Positions 61,301-64,000 of a DNA stretch of 64,000 bases are shown one piece after another. The DNA is taken from positions 114,475 to 178,474 of the forward strand of contig URGQ01000002.1 of the NCBI GenBank assembly GCA_900547385.1. The letters are read 5' to 3'. The notes beneath the pieces are model-generated. The model was not told the origin of the DNA, made no database searches, and saw only the letters and a program-made list of their open reading frames with translations. Each line of letters opens with the position of its first letter. Position 1 is the stretch's first letter. The stretch is from an uncultured Oscillospiraceae bacterium. GTDB lineage: Bacteria; Bacillota; Clostridia; Oscillospirales; Ruminococcaceae. A program made the position numbers and the translations under genes.

Positions 61301-62762
61301 TGGCTTTTTCGGGGTCGACAAAGGTATCAAATGAGTCGATGATCTGGCCGTTTTCTACCTTAACCGCACCAATTTCGATGATGCGCTCACTGGCGTTAGA
61401 GAGACCAGTGGTTTCCAGATCGAATACAATATATCGACCATCGATTACTGCGTCTGTTTGGCCCTTTACGGCGGGCAGCATGTCATTGATGAAATAGCCT
61501 TCGACGCCATAAATCGCCTTAAACTCAGGATCATCCTTCCGAATCTTATCAACAGCGTTCATGACCTCTGGGAAGGCCTGCACCACGCCGTGGTCGGTAA
61601 TGGCGATGGCCGGATGCCCCCATTCATGGGCACGGTATACCAACTGTTCTGCCGGGGTTACGGCATCCATGGCTGACATGGTGGTGTGCAGATGCAGCTC
61701 TACACGCTTTACTGGGGCGTCATCGGTGATAATGTTCTTCTTGACGGTGTTGATATTGCGAGGACGCATGACCATATCGCGGTCATATTTATCGTAGGAA
61801 ATATCGCCTTGGCTCAGGATCGTGTCACCGACACTGATGGCTTCCAACTTGGCCTTATTGCCAATCTCATCAAATATTTTGAGATTGATGGAGCCGGTAT
61901 AATCGGTGATCGCGATACTCATGATGAAGTGGTTATTATCCCGAGTGATGCGGCTTTCCGTAGAAAAAACATCACCCCAAATAACCGCTGAACCGGTATC
62001 CAGTGCCAAACCGGAAATGGGCATGGGGGAGCCTTTAATTAGACGGTAATTGCCTACAGGCTTTTTGCTGCTTTCCTCATAAGGGGTATCCGCTTTTTCT
62101 CGCTTAGGGGTATGGGGTTTGGGAGATGTCTTTGGCGCTGCAGGAGCAAAAGCGCTCTCTTCCTGTAGCGGCTTCGACAAAGGAGTAGCATCTTCCCACG
62201 GAGGTGCCTCTTCCGGAATGGGAGGAGTCTCCGGGATATAGTCATCTACTACAGTTGGTCTCGGATCTATGGGTTTCAGCTCGTAATCCGGAACGGGAAT
62301 AAAACTAACCTGCGGCCGTATACCAAATAACGCTTCTGCTTGTGCGGCAATTTTCCCTGGCAAAGCAAGTGGCTCCAGAAATGTCACCGTTTGTTCCGGC
62401 AGTCTAACTGTAAAGCACCTGTTATCATACATAATCTCTGCCCGGCGAAAAAAGCCATTGACGGGAACATTAGCAGCCTTTAGATAGTCTATCACGAGGG
62501 AAAATGCTTCAGGACCAAGTAACTCAGATGGATACCGAGCAGAAATGGCAACTGAACGAGCGCTGAGATTCATGGAAAGAATGCGCTGAGCTTCGGCAAT
62601 TGCTGAATATGGGATAATGCATGGAGAAGAAAGGGCAACGCGAATGGCATTGTCCTCTGTGGCAATTTGTAACCCTACCACTTCGCTTTCCCGCAGTGGG
62701 GCGTTATTGCAGTTTTTTTCTATGTATTTACTGAACACATCCTCAAATCTCTGCAAAGCCAT
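58377..62762 (-). CDS. polC: DNA polymerase III, PolC-type (Gram-positive replicative polymerase)
   Basis: 1461 aa with an internal DEDDh 3'-5' exonuclease (FDLETTGL...HNADFD), a PHP domain, the polymerase core and a zinc-finger region. Confidence 0.97.
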   Translation of the reverse strand: MALQRFEDVFSKYIEKNCNNAPLRESEVVGLQIATEDNAIRVALSSPCIIPYSAIAEAQRILSMNLSARSVAISARYPSELLGPEAFSLVIDYLKAANVPVNGFFRRAEIMYDNRCFTVRLPEQTVTFLEPLALPGKIAAQAEALFGIRPQVSFIPVPDYELKPIDPRPTVVDDYIPETPPIPEEAPPWEDATPLSKPLQEESAFAPAAPKTSPKPHTPKREKADTPYEESSKKPVGNYRLIKGSPMPISGLALDTGSAVIWGDVFSTESRITRDNNHFIMSIAITDYTGSINLKIFDEIGNKAKLEAISVGDTILSQGDISYDKYDRDMVMRPRNINTVKKNIITDDAPVKRVELHLHTTMSAMDAVTPAEQLVYRAHEWGHPAIAITDHGVVQAFPEVMNAVDKIRKDDPEFKAIYGVEGYFINDMLPAVKGQTDAVIDGRYIVFDLETTGLSNASERIIEIGAVKVENGQIIDSFDTFVDPEKAISPEITRLTSITNEMVAGAPTESEALEQFFHFCDGCDIFVAHNADFDMGFLRTAIRRCGREEDPVQIDTLVMGRAMYPELRKHKLDTLAEHMGVEQKHHHRADDDARVLAEIFLKMLDELVAEKKITMVSEINHSIGQQNNTKTHPYHIVLLVQNQVGLKNLYKIISASHLEYFHKKPRIPKSLLVKYREGLLVGSACEAGELYKAIREGKKWAELCDIASFYDYLEIQPLGNNMFMVRDGEVRSEKDIQNFNITVLKLGKQLGIPVVATGDVHFMEQKDARFREILMAGMGFKDADNQAPLFFRTTDQMLKEFDYLPDETAREIVIDNPRKIAESVKYVRPIPKGTFPPSIPGSEEDLIRITTTRAKEMYGDPLPEIVEKRLNRELDSITKHGFAVLYMIAQKLIYRSNEEGYQVGSRGSVGSSFVATMAGISEVNPLAPHYLCRKCKHSEFITDGSYGSGFDLPHKKCPNCGIEMYQDGHEIPFETFLGFDGDKEPDIDLNFANEYQSRAHRYTEELFGRDHVFKAGTISTVKDKTAFGYVKHFLEERGQTVTNAEENRLIQGCTGVKRTTGQHPGGMVVIPNDYEVYDFCPVQHPADDPNSDIITTHFDFHSLHDTILKLDELGHVVPTLYKHLEDYTGLKINDTPTNDPAVYTLFTSCEALGITLDDIGIANGTLALPEMGTGFVRGMLLEAKPKTFSDLLQISGLSHGTAVWLGNAQDLIRNGTCTISEVIGTRDSIMTYLLHHGMEPKLAFKIMEITRKGKAPKLLTDEMKQDMLAHDVPPWYIDSCLKIQYMFPKAHAAAYVIAAVRLGWFKVYRPREFYAVYFTSRGDDFDANTAILGSAAVKQKILSLTAKGNDISQKESDQLETLQVTYEMLLRGIELLPVDLYQSDATLYRLEGDKLRLPFTALKGLGAAAATSLAEAGKKGPYLSIDDLTTRAGVSKTVIDLLREHGSLTSLPESSQISFFG

Positions 62763-62768
62763 TCTCCT

Positions 62769-63818
62769 TTACAGCTTTTCAACTTCATCCAGTAGAGTAT
62801 TTATTACTTGCTCGGGTGAAACCTTATACAGCGGTTTGCCCTTTGCAAAAAACAAAAACTCCCCATTGCCGCCAGCAATGCCGATATCAGCATCAGCGGC
62901 TTCACCAGGGCCATTGACCGCACAGCCCATTACAGCAACTTTAATGTCCTTATGTACTGCGGAAAGTACATGCTCCGCTTCCTCTGCAATTCGGAGCAAA
63001 TCGACTTGGCAGCGGCCGCAGGTGGGGCAGGATATAAATTGTACCCGACCGTGATCCAAGCCAAGCGCAGCCAATAAATCCCTGGCGGCATATACCTCCC
63101 GTACAGGATCAGCAGTGAGTGATACACGAACTGTATCGCCTATGCCTTCGCACAGCAGCGCTCCAAGAGCGGCACTGGATTTGATAATCCCCATGCGTTC
63201 GGTACCGGCTTCTGTCACACCTAGGTGCAGCGGGCAGTCCACCTTTTGCGCCAGCAGTCTGTTCGCTTCCACCGTTGTAATGGTATCGCTGGACTTAATG
63301 GCAACAAGATAATCGGTAAAATGCTCGTCCTCCAGCAGCTGAATATGCCTTAATGCCGATTCCACCAGTGCTTCCGCGCTGGGGCGGCCGTATTTTTGCA
63401 GAATATCCTTTTCCAGCGATCCGCTGTTAACACCAATCCTAATGGGGATATGTCGATCACGGCAGGCTTCTACCACGGCATGAACGCGATCACTTCCGCC
63501 AATGTTGCCTGGATTGATTCGGACTTTATCAATGCCGGCTTTAACTGCTGCAATTGCCAGCCGATAATCGAACTGAATATCGGCGACCAGTGGGATATCC
63601 ACTTCATTTTTGATAGAGGAGATTAACCTGATATCATCCATGGTTGGAATGGCCAGGCGTACAATATCGCAGCCAGCCTCTTTTAATGCCAGAGCTTGAG
63701 CAACATTGGCTGCGACATCTGAGGGAGCGGCACACAGCATAGACTGCACCGCTATGGGATGGCCAGAACCGATCGCTATATCACCAACATGGACTGTATT
63801 TGTTGTTCTGCGCTGCAT
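62769..63818 (-). CDS. ispG: 4-hydroxy-3-methylbut-2-enyl diphosphate synthase (flavodoxin-type)
   Basis: GcpE TIM barrel plus a 4Fe-4S C-terminal domain (CPTCGRC...C). ATG after GGGGAGGGAAG. Confidence 0.93.
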   Translation of the reverse strand: MQRRTTNTVHVGDIAIGSGHPIAVQSMLCAAPSDVAANVAQALALKEAGCDIVRLAIPTMDDIRLISSIKNEVDIPLVADIQFDYRLAIAAVKAGIDKVRINPGNIGGSDRVHAVVEACRDRHIPIRIGVNSGSLEKDILQKYGRPSAEALVESALRHIQLLEDEHFTDYLVAIKSSDTITTVEANRLLAQKVDCPLHLGVTEAGTERMGIIKSSAALGALLCEGIGDTVRVSLTADPVREVYAARDLLAALGLDHGRVQFISCPTCGRCQVDLLRIAEEAEHVLSAVHKDIKVAVMGCAVNGPGEAADADIGIAGGNGEFLFFAKGKPLYKVSPEQVINTLLDEVEKL

Positions 63819-63839
63819 GGTACTTCCCTCCCCTGCTTT

Positions 63840-64000
63840 TAATGAATGAGCTTTATTATATCGCTGAATGTGACGATGGCAATAAGTCCCAACAGCAGAA
63901 TAATGCCAATGCGGTGTACCCATGCTTCAAACCTTAGAGGTACAGGCCGGCGGAGGATCATTTCAATAAGAACGAACAGGATGCGTCCTCCATCCAATGC
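63840..64000 (-). CDS. rseP: RIP metalloprotease RseP, C-terminal portion; the 5' end lies outside the window
   Basis: LDGGRILF motif and a final TM helix; typical rseP-ispG-polC order. Confidence 0.7.

Overview
This 64 kb window looks like chromosomal DNA from a spore-forming Clostridia-class Firmicute, roughly 55-58% GC. The evidence is a complete spoIIIAA-AH operon plus cwlD, yunB, yabP/yabQ, PolC-type DNA polymerase III and gatCAB. The gene content is mostly conserved housekeeping and sporulation genes. The order spoIIIA - asp23 - nusB - xseAB - ispA - tlyA - nadK - argR - recN matches Bacillus, and the order rseP - ispG - polC - yabP - yabQ - divIC - yabR matches Firmicutes generally. 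Coding density is high, so the many long antisense ORFs in the six-frame track are treated as high-GC shadows. I found no rRNA, tRNA, CRISPR array or clear transposon. The most unusual items are these:
- a standalone carboxylic-acid-reductase-like enzyme (fatty acyl-AMP ligase, carrier domain, thioester reductase; 31999-35250);
- a tandem-duplicated, twice membrane-anchored SGNH hydrolase (3338-5133);
- two decayed ABC-exporter ATPase remnants (13866-14440 and 39781-40013);
- a spoIIIAA frame that lacks its expected stop at the ATGA junction with spoIIIAB;
- a MurT gene that apparently starts on ATT;
- a near-identical AT-rich perfect palindrome directly after both tyrS and polC;
- a CIRCE operator on an hsp20-hdeD operon, beside an unexplained repeat- and promoter-bearing intergenic segment (53200-53505) that may encode a small RNA;
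- a LacI regulator carrying two ligand-binding domains next to codA;
- an inverted-repeat operator on an orphan ZnuA-like zinc-binding lipoprotein gene.
None of these is a clearly novel multi-gene system from sequence alone. The findings below are ranked on that basis.
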